A stretch of DNA of 64,000 nucleotides from Podarcis tiliguerta (Eukaryota), in the NCBI GenBank assembly GCA_965153285.1, contig OZ229116.1. One strand, written 5' to 3'. Under the pieces are notes generated by a model, which had not been told where the DNA came from, ran no database searches, and saw nothing but the letters and a program-made list of their open reading frames with translations. Each line of letters starts with the position of its first letter. Within the stretch, counting starts at the first letter, position 1. Made by a program: the position numbers and the translations under genes. Below, piece by piece: positions 1-14,051 of this stretch.

Positions 1-192
1 TCTGGCACCTACTGAAGACTTTTTTTTAATTCTAGCAGGCATTTTAACCGAATTCTGGTTTTATAATTTAATAACTTACAGTGTTTTTTTTATTTGCATC
101 GTTTTGAGTTTCTTGTGCACCGCTTAGAGACAACTGTAATTAAGCAGTATATAAATTGTTGGAAGAAATAAAATAATAAATAAATAAAAATA
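1..192 (+). mobile_element. L2-type LINE 3' end
   Basis: tgtgcaccgcttagag...aagcagtatataaat followed by an (AATA)n tail. Confidence 0.55.
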
Positions 193-1842
193 ATGAGATG
201 TATTTTTTAGGTGTTTCGGTGCCCACTGGTGGTTGTTTTTACCCAGAAGTCCAGCAGCTGGATTTATAGGTTGGCACATTAAGCTCAACAGATGCCTTTA
301 ACTTGGTGCTTTGGCTTGTCTTAAGTGGTTAAGAACTATACCGTAACAAACGTTGGACTAAAGGGTGAAGGGTGGTGTTTGATGATACTATCAGGATGTC
401 TAGATAATCAGTTCTGAAGATAGCTGGCTCAGAAACTTTCACATGCTGCTACTGCAGTGCTTGAAAATAGACTGTTAATGCACTGTTCTAACACATACTT
501 AAAACTGTGTGGTGGGAGGGATAATGCTTGATATCAAGTGCTGAATTGGAATTATGGGGGTGAAACTAGCCATAAGGTTTGAGAATGCATAGCTAGGCTT
601 TCGATCAATCTGGTAATGGGTTCTCTTTTTAAAAAAATCAATAAATCAGAATAAAAAGAACAAGCTGCATTTTGTGGCAGCCATAAGGGGAAACTTTAAG
701 AGAGCTGGATAAAAATAATGTCTAAGTCATGCTAAGAACAGCATTTTTATAGGTGTATGGAGCAAAACAAGGAGGAAAATATAAAAAGAATTACCCAAAC
801 AGTCCTATTTCAGGGAATGAGATAGTCTTGGTTTTTCCAGGTGTTTCAGCAGGTATGCGTGAAGATCATTCCCAGGGAGTTTGTTAGGGCCTGAGAGTGA
901 TATTCAGAACATGCCTGATGTATTTCTGTCTGTACCCTGAGCTGGCATTCCATTGGGCAGGGTGACTGGCTTTCCTGCTTAACATATTCTCTCATTTCAG
1001 TCATTTTTAATATGTATAAACTCCCTTTCCAAGGCAACACACAAAGCATGCGTATACACACAGAGAGAGAGTTTAACAACCAAAATCTTGAAATAAGAAT
1101 TTCTCAACTTTGTTGTCAAGACTGATTCTAATTCAGCAAAACCCACAGCGTCATTTGTCAGGGGGACAATCGGCTGCATTCTTAGCAGAATATTTTTGGC
1201 AATGTGTAAAATCAGAATGTTTAACCTCGACTGGATTATGCCCAAAGTTTGCCAGCACTGTTCTTTCCCGGCAATTATATTTGAAACAAATGACTATTGT
1301 TTCTTTGTTTAAAACTCCTCTGTTTGTTGCCATTGTTCTTTCAACAGCTAGTTTATATGGCTCCCATTTGGGCTGTTGAGAGGTCTCTGCCTTAGCTTTA
1401 TCTATCACTTTTGGTTCCGCTCTCCTCTTCTCAGAGCCTTGTGAGGAGGGAAACAGTTGCCATAAACCACCTCTGAGGTAAACATGGAACTTTAGTCAAA
1501 AGGCTATTTAAAGCAATTTTTAAAAAGGTTTTATATAGTTCCTCTTGCTGCAGAAGCGACATAAACAACCTCAGTATCTAGATATATGCAAAATAATGAG
1601 CAGAGATATGGAACCTATCTCATAACCCAGCTCAGACCAGCCTTCTGATTTAACCACTGGACACATTCATGCCAAATAAACATAGTGAGTGTTCATTTCA
1701 GTACACTTAAGTGTGATGTTCTTGGCTAAGTAAGTAATAACGTCACCATGGATGCAAGTTAAGAGTCAAAGTTACTATGCTTCCTAAATGCACTATATTT
1801 TATTACACATTTTACATTTCAGCCATGGTAAATGCAACTTGA

Positions 1843-2218
1843 GGGGCGTGTGTGGCGCTGTGGTCTAAACCACTGAGCCTCTTGGGCTTGCCGATCGGAA
1901 GGTTGGCGGTTCGAATCCCCGCGACAGGGTGAGCTCCCGTTGCTCTGTCCCAGCTCTTGCCAACCTAACAGTTTGAAAGCATGCCAATGCAAGTAGATAA
2001 ATAGGTACCACTGCGGTGGGAAGGTACCGTCATGCGCTCTGGTTTCCGTCATGGTGTTCTGTTGCACCAGAAGAGGTTTAGTCATGCTGGCCACATGACC
2101 TGGAAAGCTGTCTGTGGACAAATGCCAGCTCCCCTGGCCTGAAAGCAAGATGAGCGCCACAACCCCATAGTCGCCTTTGACTGGACTGGTTAAGTCCAGG
2201 GGTCCTTTCCCTTTACCT
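1843..2218 (+). mobile_element. Sauria SINE
   Basis: tRNA-like head with GGTTCGAATCC B box and ACCTTT-type tail. TSD TAAATGCAACTTGA. Confidence 0.93.
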
Positions 2219-2835
2219 TAAATGCAACTTGAAGGGAAGGTAAACACTACAAACAGGAACAGTTTCAGGCTTTACTGCAGCCATGACTGGGTGTGTGAGC
2301 AGCAAGGCGTTTTTAACAAAACTGCTGCAAGCAATGCATTTTGGGGCAGGAGACAGACGTTTCTTCGCCCAGGCATGATTTAATAGGTGGAGAAAATGGT
2401 TAGGGAGTCTCTCTCTAGTAGAGAAGGTTGCAACATTTGAGACAAGCTTCTTCCTGGTGCTCCCCCTCTTGAAGTCAGGCACACAGGGCAGCCATAAAAG
2501 TATCTGTTTTTGATGTGCTGCCACCTAAAACAATGCAAAACAATGGCACCTGGAACATAAGTTATGTATGGCAAGTTTAAGTTGCAGTTTGCCATGTCTT
2601 GACTTAAGGCAACCCTTGACTGTAAATATAGAGAGAAAGGGCTTGTTTATAGATCCAGTCTATAAACTGCGGGAAACCTGGCTCCTAAATCATGTCACTT
2701 TTATGTATTATTTATGGTAGCCTTTCCAAAACAACTTATAATTAGAGGACACTTTTTTTTTCTGAAGTGAAATTGGAGGCTTGCTCACTCTTATGCTAAA
2801 GACGCTCACTCTTATGTTAAAGACAAACTTTTTAG

Positions 2836-3040
2836 NNNNNNNNNNNNNNNNNNNNNNNNNNNNNNNNNNNNNNNNNNNNNNNNNNNNNNNNNNNNNNNNN
2901 NNNNNNNNNNNNNNNNNNNNNNNNNNNNNNNNNNNNNNNNNNNNNNNNNNNNNNNNNNNNNNNNNNNNNNNNNNNNNNNNNNNNNNNNNNNNNNNNNNNN
3001 NNNNNNNNNNNNNNNNNNNNNNNNNNNNNNNNNNNNNNNN
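2836..3040. other. Assembly gap (205 N)
   Basis: Run of N. Confidence 1.
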
Positions 3041-3145
3041 TAGGTGCCGGAGCTCACCATGAACTTCTTCATTGTTCTCTTAGAATGGCAGTGGTGTCCA
3101 CCTGAGAGGTACTGAAGCTGAGCTCCAGCTGAAAACCCCCCAATA

Positions 3146-3184
3146 TGTGTGTGTGTGTGTGTGTGTGTGTCTCTGTGTGTGTGT
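3146..3184. repeat. (TG)n microsatellite
   Basis: Read directly from the sequence. Confidence 0.95.
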
Positions 3185-5513
3185 AAAATATGGTGGTGTG
3201 CACAGTTCCTTCCTATTTAATCCTCACAACAATTCTGTGAGGTATCATAGGCTGACTGATGGTGTCTGACCCAAGGACAGTCAACAAGCTTCACTGCTGA
3301 ATGGAGATCTGGGTCTCCCTGGTCCTGACTGTAACCAGTACAGCATCCTCTCTCTCACTCTCTCTCTCTCTCCCCCCCCCCTCCAGTCCCTGTGGTTCTG
3401 CATGTCATGAGCCTGGGCACACCTCCAGGGTGAAAGGAGGCACAATCAGTTCAGTGACTCAGACAGAGACACAATGGACACCCTACTCTGAGGAGATTCC
3501 ATGGTTCACATGAGGAAAGAGAAGAAGTCACTAGGTTATTTTGCTTATTTCACTGCAGGACTGCTGTTGTCAAACTAAGACTAGTGTTTCGGGATCCAGG
3601 GTCTGTGAGTGAAGGCTTCCTACCTCAGGTGACCATACCTGTGCATGCAAGTGGGACAAGATGGAGCCATGTGTAATTGGCGGCAGGGCTCAAGGCATGA
3701 CCCCATAAGCCCCTTTCTACATAATTTGCCTCTTTGTTGTGAATCATGTGTGAAAGGGGACTTAGCTACCTTAAGCACCATCCAGTGTAGTGAGACTTAA
3801 TTCTGATTAAATATGCCTAGCTTTTGGGATCTGGCTTCTAGGTTCGTTCTCAGGGCTTTCTCAGGCAGCTAAGTGCATTTTTGCAAAAATACAAGACGCT
3901 GGGTAGCAACTTAAAAGCATTAAAACCTCACTGGTGGTGTACTGTTCATTGCACAGTGTGGCATTGTTGCCTGGATACATGGCAACACAAAGCAATTGCC
4001 AGAACATTGACCAAGCTGGCAGTCATTGTTCCCTAAATGAGAATGGGACAATAGTAAAATCTCAGAGCTAACAGTTTGGTATTGCTGGAGGTGAGGGGAA
4101 GACTTATGGTTGTGTTGTTTAAACTTCTGTTGACTAAAAGTCATAAGGTTGGGATTTCACACCCATAGATCCAAACACACGCTGACAGTACATTTAATAA
4201 CCTGTGCAAGGTCGTTAAGATAATCCCTTTTTGGTTTTGCCTTGAGCCTCTGTGAATGATGTTGTTGTGACACTTGGCAGTGCAGCTCTCTGAAGGCTAG
4301 TTCATGGTAGCCATAGGTAGATGTAAAACACTTTGAAGTTATTTGCCAAGGTTCATATTTTAACCTGAGTCTCATGATGCTTAATGCTATTCTCTAAGCC
4401 TTAATTCCTGGAGTTATATAATTGGGTGGAACTATGAGTTATCTTTTTTTTTTTTCCTTTTTCTTTTAAGAACCTTGACCTCATAGTTGCCAAGAAAAAT
4501 TTGGAAAACCTGACTCAAGTGTAAGCGAAACATTTAAAAATGAGAAGGCAAATAAAGTCCACTCTGTGAATGCTAGGCTGCTTCCACACTCAGCATTTAC
4601 GGAGGAATAGCTACTCCTTGTTCACTCACCTTTTGTGGGCATCTGCATGATATCATTAAGAAAACTTCCCCATCACACGTTTTCCCTGTTCAGCTTCCAT
4701 TTCTTTTCAGAGCTCAGTAAATCTGACTTTTGTTCTTTTGTTTTTAGCTCAGTGGCATATCTGTGGAATTTCCCCAGGTATAGATGGCCTTTATTTCTGC
4801 TGTTCTGATTTCTCTACCCATTTCCTTTTCTATGACCTGTCTCTCCTGTCTAGGAATCAGCTTTAACATATCACTTCTATCACTTTAACCCTTCCCATAC
4901 CAAATAGGATTGCCTATGTATCCATAACAAAAAACAAAATGCTTAGGAATATGGCTGGGAGTGTCAACAATATTTAACCCTTTCCCCCACAGACAACATT
5001 TACGTGGCTGGGGAAAGGAGGACTGACTATTTCATTTTTTAATTTGCAAAGGTATTTGTATGCCACTCCATAAAGATCGATGGGTGGCTTAAACCCGTAA
5101 AATCATAAACAGTATAAATACAGCAAGAAAACAAAACTCACTGCAACCCCAAAGTTAAAGCACTGACATAAATACTCAGAGGTCAATGCTAAATAAGTTA
5201 TTTAAAAGGCCTGGGTGAACAGAAAGTTCATCATCTGGTGCCATAAAGACCATAATGAAGGTGCCAGGTGACCTCAGTGATGACTTTTCAATAACCAGAC
5301 TATCCCTACTGAAAAGCCCTTTCCCCTGGTGTTTAGCAAACTTACATAATTTGACTGGTGATTTTGGAACAAGGCCACCGAAAGTGTTCACATATAGAAG
5401 GCGGCTTTCAAGTAACCTGGCCTAGTATGGGGCATTAGAAATCTGGAAATAGAGTTGATGCTCCACTTCTAGCTTAAAGTAGAACAGCAGTGATTGAGAG
5501 CTGCTGAATAGTC

Positions 5514-5649
5514 CAGGCATAGGCAAACTCGGCCCTCCTGATGTTTTGGGACTACAACTCCCATGATCCCTAGCTAACAGGACCAGTGGTCAGGTATAAT
5601 GGGAATTGTAGTCCCAAAACATCTGGAGGGCCGAGTTTGCCTTTGCCTG
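5514..5649. mobile_element. Palindromic ~136-bp hAT MITE
   Basis: Long inverted arms CAGGCATAGGCAAACTCGGCCCTCC... Perfect 8-bp TSD GAATAGTC. Confidence 0.92.
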
Positions 5650-7445
5650 GAATAGTCAATGTCTGGAAGCAGCCTTAATTTCCTCATTTTTGAGGAGGGA
5701 AGCCGGCTTGTGGTTTTTAAACATGTGGAGGAGGCCTGTGCCTCTGACATGATATTGGCACAAGCTGGTGCAACTAGGATAAGGCAAGCAATTGTGTTGC
5801 TTCTGGAATGCATATACTTCGAGTTGGACCCAGACAAAATGAGTCAGCTCCCATTGAAATCAATGTGCCTTGGGACTAGCTCTTGACCTTGATTTCAATG
5901 GGACCTCAGTGCAACCAGCATGTAGCACAAGCCTCTTTGAATACAGAAGGGACTTACTCCACAGATAAGATTTCTGCTTTATCCTGAATCCATCGCTTTG
6001 TTTAAACATGCATGGTCTTGCGGGGAGTTTGGCACCATTCGTTCAACATTCTTTGCAGACTTGGGAGCTGCCTCCTCTATTGCTGGCTTTCTTGCACAAG
6101 CCATGCAGGTATTTTCTCTTTAAACACACTTTTGCCGCCCCGGTTTCTCTAGCAACACTCTTACTCTCTGATTCTGATGAACTACAAGCTCAATGCTGGA
6201 GGAGGCCTTTCCGTTAGTGCCATTCGGATATAGATATAAAGGAGGCACTGTATGGGCCTGGACCTGGTGACCTCTGGCTATCTTCCACCTGCCCAGTTCT
6301 GTGTGAAAGTAAATCGCACCTCCAAAGCATATCAGCAAGTGCTGCAACCTTTCACAGATAGCATCAGGTGAGTGTCCTATACCAGAGGACACAAATCCAT
6401 GATTTAAGAGAGAGGCCTGCAAACAAAAATTCTACTAGGTGTTTCAAATCAATACATGAACTTTAGTCCTCCTCCCCACTGCGGTTCCAGGTCATTCACA
6501 CCTCATCTCCTTTGCCTGTTTGCCCTCCCAGATTCATTTGCTCTCTGTAGCCTTCTTCTCTAGGGCCACGATCTTACCTTCCTTTCTCTCCTTCCCTTCC
6601 TCTCCTCTGATCTGTGGCTTTCTCTCCTTCCCTTTGCTTATTTTGCTTGCGTTGCCTTTAGAGGGGATTTGAACACTCAGCCGTTGACAGTCACAAGGGG
6701 TACTTTGCCTGTCTCATGTTTGCTGGGGCTGATGGGAGTAATAGTCCAAATTGTGTGGAGGGCACTATGGTAGCTACTCATGATATAGAATAGAGAAGGG
6801 TCTTAAAGCAGACCTGCCTACATTTCTGTTTGCGGGATTAAAAATGAATCTTAACTCAGTAATTCTAGGTATTTTATCTGTGACGTCAGCTTCTTCTTCT
6901 TTTCTTTTTTTAAAAAAATGAATCCCCCCCCTATTTTATATACACAAACATGAGGAACAGGAAAAGCTTGTTTAGATTTGCTAAGAAAAACAGACAAATG
7001 AAGCCAAGTCCAGGATACAGAACGTTCAGGTAGAGTCTAGTTTCCAGTCTCCACTAAAAACAGGCCCTCTTCTTCTATTATTTTAAACTTTTCAGCCTCT
7101 GTATGAAATAAAACACAGAGGGCAATTCAACACAGCCCTGGTAACAAAACTAGCTCCTTCATCAAAGGCTGTTTTATAACCAAATGGGTGTCCTAGTTTC
7201 CCCTATGCTGGTGGGTATAAAGATCTCATTCATTGTTAGTGAATCTCTATTTAATGAGAGACAAGTAGGTTGGGTGATCAAAAGAGAACCATATTCATGA
7301 TTGGTAGCCTTGGTAATAGGGGAACGTTTGGTTTAATCTTGCCTTTGAGTGAGGTACTAGTTTCAACAACTGCTTTTTTATTCACTTGGGGGCAGGGAGG
7401 AGGAACCTTTAGGCCTCCATTTGTTGTTGTACTGCAGATTCCACT

Positions 7446-7578
7446 ATAGAATCATAGAACTGTAGAGTTGGAAGGGACCACAACGCCTGCCTGCTCCAAC
7501 CACCTGTAATGCCCAACGTGGGGCTCGAACCCACAACTCTGAGATTAAGAGTCTCATGCTCTGCTGACTGAGCTAGCC
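7446..7578 (-). mobile_element. SINE with tRNA-Lys(CTT) head and CR1-type 3' tail
   Basis: 7511-7578 is the reverse complement of a near-intact tRNA-Lys(CTT). It is joined to the CR1 tail atagaatcatagaactgtagagttggaagggacc. Confidence 0.8.
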
Positions 7579-7900
7579 ATCAGGACCATTGGCTATGCTG
7601 GCTAGGCCTGAGAGGAGTTCCCAACAATGTCTGGCTACAGTTCCTCCATGCTTGACTTAGACATCCCTGTTATATCCCTGCTATATCAAGCTATTTTGAA
7701 ATGACCTCAATTTGCCCTGAATTCAAGAGGTTATATGAGTTGCTAAAAAGAGAAGCAAAAGAAAAAAAGAGTACACCAGAATGTGTCTGTACAGTGTTTA
7801 CGTGCATACAAGCGAATGCTTACTTATTTATTAAAATGTTTAGAAATCACACTTTCAGAAAAATATAACAAGGTGGTGTTCAGCAAGGAGCATAATACCA

Positions 7901-8142
7901 CAGTGGTACCTCGGGTTAAGAACTTAATTCGTTCTGGAGGTCCTTTCTTAACCTGAAACTGTTCTTAACATGAAGCACCACTTTAGCTAATGGGGCCTCC
8001 TGCTGCCGCCGTGCAGCTGCTGCACGATTTCTGTTCTCATCCTTAAGCAAAGTTCTTAACCTGAGGTACTATTTCTGGGTTAGCGGAGTCTGTAACCTGA
8101 AGCGTCTGTAACCTGAAGCGTATGTAACCCGAGATACCACTG
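7901..8142. mobile_element. Tigger/pogo-like MITE (CAGTGGTACCTC family)
   Basis: TIR CAGTGGTACCTCGGGTTA. Same family as nine other copies in the window. Confidence 0.9.
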
Positions 8143-9034
8143 CATAATAATAACATCAGTAAAGACATCTGCATTTCCAAAACACCCCCCCCCCCAAAAA
8201 AGAGCGCATGTGAGTTGGGAGCAGGGCTTGGCACTGTGATCCTCCCCCCTCCTCACGCTCATTCACCGTATGCGCCATAAATGTATAAAGCGTGCTAAAG
8301 CCACTTCCCCAAGGCCACTGAGTGAATTCATGGCTGAGGTGAGATTCAAAAAACCACAGACTTCCTGGCTCACAGTTCATTCTCTTTAACTCTCTGCTGT
8401 ACTATGTACGTACTAAATTAAAGCAGGATGTTAACCTGCTATATATATATATATCCACACACACACAAACACACACATCCCTCCACCCCTCCTAATTCAT
8501 TCATCTCCCAGGTGTTCAGAAAAGCAGAGGTTGCTAGGTATTCTCATCATGCCCTATCTCAAGGTATTGATCAGTTCCTGCAATCTCGGCCTTATCTGTT
8601 TGCTCAGCAACGAATCTCTTTCATTCACACCAGCGACACACAGGAACTGAATGGATCCTACAGTACAGAAAGACATCAGTCGGCTATTTAACCCCCCCCC
8701 CCGCTTTTTTTTGAATCCTCTTCATTTGAATCCTCTTTGGTTTCCATAAGAGGGACGTGCCTGCTTTGCTTGACATCAGAAACCATTCCCACCCCCCCAT
8801 TGTGTCTGTGGGATGGTTACAATATGAAAGATGTTAACTGTAGGACAACGTAGTCATACACTGAACCAGGTGGGGATGCATTTCTTTTCGTGGCAGAATG
8901 TATGCAGAAAAAAGAGGGGGGGTGAGGACAGAGCACAATAGGGGAAGAGGAAGCAAAGAGGTGCTGCCCTAGAAACATGCATTGTACCAAATTTGATGGC
9001 CTTCTGGTCTCAGACACAGTGTGTCCCATTGGTA

Positions 9035-9391
9035 AAAGGTAAAGGTAAAGGGACCCCTGACCATTAGGTCCAGTCGTGACCGACTCTGGGGTTGCGGCGC
9101 TCATCTTGCTTTATTGGCCGAGGGAGCCGGCGTACAGCTTCCGAGTCATGTGGCCAGCATGACTAAGCCGCTTCTGGTGAACCAGAGCAGTGCACAGAAA
9201 CACCGTTTACCTTCCCGCCGGAGTGGTACCTATTTATCTACTTGCACTTTGACGTGCTTTCGAACTGCTAGGTTGGCAGGAGCAGGGACTGAGCAACGGG
9301 AGTTCACCCCGTTGCGGGGATTCGAACCGCCGACCTTCTGATTGGCAAGTCCTAGGCTCTGTGGTTTAACCCACAGCGCCACCCGCGTCCC
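9035..9391 (-). mobile_element. Sauria SINE
   Basis: Full length. TSD TGTCCCATTGGTA. Confidence 0.95.
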
Positions 9392-9841
9392 TGTCCCATT
9401 GGTAGCTTGCTAAGAAAAGCCTTCGAGAATGGCCCACCTTTGAGTATACATCCTTCTTCTTCTGTAATTGCCAGTTCTCCATCCCTCCATTAACTGATCT
9501 TTTCGAAATAGAAATAAAATAATAATAGTAATAATAATAATACTGATGGTTCCAGGCATTGAATCAGGGTCTCTCTTGCGCGCAGAAGGCTTGCAGGTTC
9601 AACCTCTGACTTCTTTTATTTCTCATTTTTGTTAAAACAAACAAAACAAACAAAAAGGGGACCAGATAGTAGACAATGGAGAAAAAATCAGTGCCCAAGA
9701 CCCTGATGAGCTGCTATCAATCACCTGCTAAGGCAACTTTCTATGTCCCTCTAGTTTAAATTCAAGCCCTATTCCCTACCAGTTGTTTGTAGTGAGAAAA
9801 ACATTGGATCTCCAAGGGACCTGTATGTGTGGTTTAAAATA

Positions 9842-10084
9842 CAGTGGTACCTCGGGTTACATACGCTTCAGGTTTACATATGCTTCAGGTTACAGACTCC
9901 GCTAACCCAGAAATAGTACCTCGAGTTAAGAACTTTGCTTCAGGATGAGAACAGAAATCGTGCTCCGGTGGCATGGAAGCAGCAGGAGGCCCCATTAGCT
10001 AAAGTGGTGCTTCAGGTTAAGAACAGTTTCAGGTTAAGAGCAGACCTCCGGAACAAATTAAGTACTTAACCCGAGGTACCACTG
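9842..10084. mobile_element. Tigger/pogo-like MITE
   Basis: TIRs and TA TSD. Confidence 0.92.
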
Positions 10085-11454
10085 TAAAAGCTAAAATGGG
10101 TGAAAGCTGCTAACGTGCAGTTCTTCCTCTTCCTTCTTCCTTCTTTCCCAGTATCAAGACTTCAGGCAAAGAAAATGTGATTGGCTAGGAGTCCGCTAAC
10201 ACCAAGCTGATTCTAAGAGAACCAGAAAAAACAGTGCTCAGAGAAGCTTCTTTTGATTTCATTTTACTCAATATAAATTCAATTAACAACAACAACAACA
10301 ACAACAACAATAATAATAATAAGCATAAATCTTTGACTCCACTGACTTTAGGTATTTGGAATATTGCAGGGATTGTCCCTGAAGCTCATGGTATGCATTA
10401 AAGATTCTCAGTTCATTGACTTCACAGGAATGACTCCTAAATTGGACTTTTATGAAACTGAAATGTTAGGCAGTCATCCCAGTGCAGCAACTCTGGTGTG
10501 TGCCATCTGCGAAGGCTGCTCTGTTCATTCCAGTGGGGGCACAGCTATGGATGGTCCTTTGTATGATGGAACCAGTTGCCCTTTATTGACATAAATGGGG
10601 CACCCCATATGTGCAAGTAGCTTTCACATGAACACAGCAGGAAGTACAGCTCATCAGGGTGGTTGACTAGATTTTACATTCTTTAGTACTGTAAAAATTT
10701 ATATCTAATCATGATTGTGAGTAAAACATTGGTCAGAAAAGACCTGCGTGGTTGTTAAATTTGTACCACATAGCATTTCTGGTTTAACGGAGTGTCTTTG
10801 GAATACTTTTGTCTACATCATGAACCAGTTGGAAAGAATTCTTTTCATGTTTAAGGATTTGATTCAATTAAAAAACATTGCTTAAGTTGGGGTTTTGCTT
10901 TAATTTATTTTATTGAGTCCAGCTGACTGGACTGAATATTGTTAACAATGGCACTTCCTCTCTTCGACATAATGTAGCATTTTAAGTAGCTAAACCACAT
11001 GTGGATCCAATCAAATGTTGTCTCATTCCCATTCTTGTGGGAATGGGTATGCCCTTCTACAGAACAATACGCTATATATACACTCACAATTGTCTTTGCT
11101 CCTCATTCCTACACACTTTGTATATACAAACCCACACATTCTACTGCAGCTTAGCTTGTGCATGGTTTTAGTTTAACCTTTTTTCTTTTCTTTTTTTACA
11201 CCAAATATGTTATGTTGTAGTAGCCACAACATGTCCTTAGGCAAGCTGCTATCTCTGACCCAAACCCTCATTCCCTACATCAAGAATTTTGGGATATTTG
11301 TACTCCAAAATTCATAGTATTCCAAAATTCATAGTAGGGCAGTGCCTTTTATTAGGCTAACTAATGAGCAGTCCTCTAAGTTCTTTTGAATTCTTCACAA
11401 GGGTAGATGTTGAGCAAAGCAGGGAGTGGGGAGGAGAAGAGTTATAGAGAGGTA

Positions 11455-11693
11455 CAGTGGTACCTCGGGTTACATACGCTTCAGGTTACATACGCTTCAG
11501 GTTACAGACCCCGCTAACCCAGAATTAGTGCTTCAGGTTAAGAACTTTGCTTCAGGATGAGAACAGAAATTGTGCTCCGGCAGCGCGGCAGCCAGAGCCC
11601 CCATTAGCTAAAGTGGTGCTTCAGGTTAAGAACAGTTTCAGGTTAAGTACGGACCTCTGGAACGAATTAAGTACTTAACCCGAGGTACCACTG
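11455..11693. mobile_element. Tigger/pogo-like MITE
   Basis: TIRs and TA TSD. Confidence 0.92.
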
Positions 11694-12506
11694 TATTTAA
11701 ATTGTAAGGTCTGCATTGGTGGTACATTCTATCCAACCACTACCTAATTCAGGTTCTGTTGACTTTTCCCACTTAGTACACCACCTAAAATTAATCTCAG
11801 AGGTGGTATTCAGCTAAGTTGTACCAGGGAGTGCACCAGACAGGCAGACAGGGAGCACAGAAGAAATACCCGTCTGTAAGCCCTTTAAATACTGTAGTTC
11901 TCAAAAAGTTGTGGAGCCCAGTAGACATGGACTGAATGCAGAAGCTCAAATGGCTTCCCTCCACCTTGATTCTTGGTCAGAACAAGGTGTTAACTCTGGT
12001 GCTGCCTTGGGGGTTCCTCTGCACGACCAGAACAGCATAATTCACCATCAAAATCTCTAACTTGTCTCTGTTCTGCTTCTGATTATTGGCCCCCATCCAA
12101 TCTGTTCCTTTTCTCAAGACACCTGTTCTGAACACATTGCACAATGTAGTTCCGATAAAGCTCCACTGATTTCAATGAGAGAAGTGCAAACCCATGCTTA
12201 CATTTTCATTGAAATCAGTGGGACTCAACTGCTGCAATCCTATGCACATTTACCTGGGCATGAGTCTCACTTGGCTTAGCGGGAGTTACATCTGAGCAAT
12301 CATAGATAGCATCATGTTGAAAAGGGGCTTACATTTGCCTAGATTTTGCCCATTGTGAGATCCTTAACATTCTGTGGAATAGATAAAGCCAATCCCCCAC
12401 TTTCTCTTGTGCTGAAATCCTATTTTCTTTGGGCTCTATTGTGAATTGCATGCATGCATGCATGCACACACACTCACACACCACATATTGGTGAGGGTTG
12501 CATGTG

Positions 12507-12674
12507 CTGTATTTTTCCATATATAACACGCCCCCGTGTATAAGGCGCCCCCTATTTTGGGGAGTTAAGAAAATGGGGAGAGATTGCCCCTGCGTATAAG
12601 ACTACCCTCCCTTTTTTAACAATATTTTTCAGTTAAAAAAACCCAACCCTAGTGTTATACACGGAAAAGTACGG
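12507..12674. mobile_element. TcMar-Tc2-like MITE
   Basis: Inverted ends CTGTATTTTTCCATATATAACAC / GTGTTATACACGGAAAAGTACGG-TA. Confidence 0.7.
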
Positions 12675-12962
12675 TATTTGTTTCCCCCTAATGCTCATTA
12701 TGTTCTGAGTTTATGAACCACAGAGCAACCTCATGCCTTTCCTTCTGAAATGAAAAATAATCCTAACTTACTGAAACAAGTGAGGGAAATGTGTACTGGT
12801 CATAGACACGTCATTTGCAAATCTAGATATGTGTCTTCTGCTTCCCCGCTAATCATATGATCTCATAAAACTACAAAGTTCCCCACGGTTAGGTGCTGTC
12901 CCCAGAGAAACAACAAGAACATCTAAGAGAATGGCTGTTTCTAGTGTTACCCTATGTTAAAG

Positions 12963-13321
12963 GTAAAGGTAAAGGTAAAGGGACTCCTGACCATTAGGTC
13001 CAGTCGTGGCCGACTCTGTGGTTGCGGCGCTCATCTCGCTTTATTGGCCGAGGGAGCCGGCATACAGCTTCCGGGTCATGTGGCCAGCATGACTAAGCCA
13101 CTTCTGGTGAAACAGAGCAGCACACCGAAACGCCGTTTACCTTCCCGCCAGAGCAGTACCTATTTATCTACTTGCACTTTGATGTGCTTTCGAACTGCTA
13201 GGTTGGCAGGAGCAGGGACCGAGCAATGGGAGCTCACCCCGTCGCGGGGATTCGAACCACTGACCTTCTGATTGGCAAGTGCTAGGCTCTGTGGTTTAAC
13301 CCACAGCGCCACCCGCATCCC
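12963..13321 (-). mobile_element. Sauria SINE
   Basis: Full length. TSD TACCCTATGTTAAAG. Confidence 0.95.
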
Positions 13322-14051
13322 TACCCTATGTTAAAGTGTATAACAAATTGTTACCAGTGAGTAAAGCAATTGTATGGCTTCCTTTCCCCCCCAAAGTGAA
13401 GAAAAGTGAAACAAAACTGGACAGTATATGGCTGTACCCAACTAACCTCCACAGACAGTGGACGCATTGAACTTAATGGACCTAAGTTAGACATGTCCAC
13501 GAATTTCATTGCATCCTGCTCTGACTATGACACGAAGTGGGTTTTTTCCACCAATGGGTACTCAAGGGTACATAGTACTGGCACCTCTTTTTTTTGTTGT
13601 TGTTGTTAAAAAGTGTGGCACTTACTGTAACAACTTAATGGTGAGTACTGGTACCTCTTTTTGTAGGAAAAAAAAGCGGATGCACTGAAATTCATGGACA
13701 TGTGGGTTGTATGACATTAGATACAACACACAGTATGTAAAACAATAAAAATAAAAAGATTCTTTACTATGTATAAGACATCTAGGGTCACCTTGCCCAC
13801 CATGCTTCACTCTTAGTGGCAGCTGCAGCAGTGGGCATCTTTGTGGGCAGGCACGGCAGCGGTGCACAGGCCGAGGAGATACAGATCTGCTGCTCCTCTT
13901 GAACCGCCGTCTGAGGCAAGGGATTCACCTCGGCTATTAGGTGGGCCAGCACTGCTCCCAGGAGGTGCAGGTGTGTGGTGAAACTGTGGCCTGGTTGTGC
14001 TTGGATAAACAGCAGACCAAGCAGTTACATGCCCTCTATTACCCTGCTAAT

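Noticed and set aside
2781-3072. ORFs spanning the N run, and a 21-bp tandem duplication just before it
   Set aside because: The ORFs are gap artefacts. The duplication at a contig edge may be an assembly effect.
7511-7578. Functional tRNA-Lys(CTT) gene
   Set aside because: The 5' acceptor stem is incomplete, stems carry substitutions, and it is fused to a CR1 tail. It is a SINE head.
9114-9341. Recurrent ORFs of the type MAEGAGVQLPSHVASMTKPLL... (also at 12954, 26877, 34318, 35751, 55855, 60207, 62276)
   Set aside because: Antisense translations of Sauria SINE copies, not a gene family.
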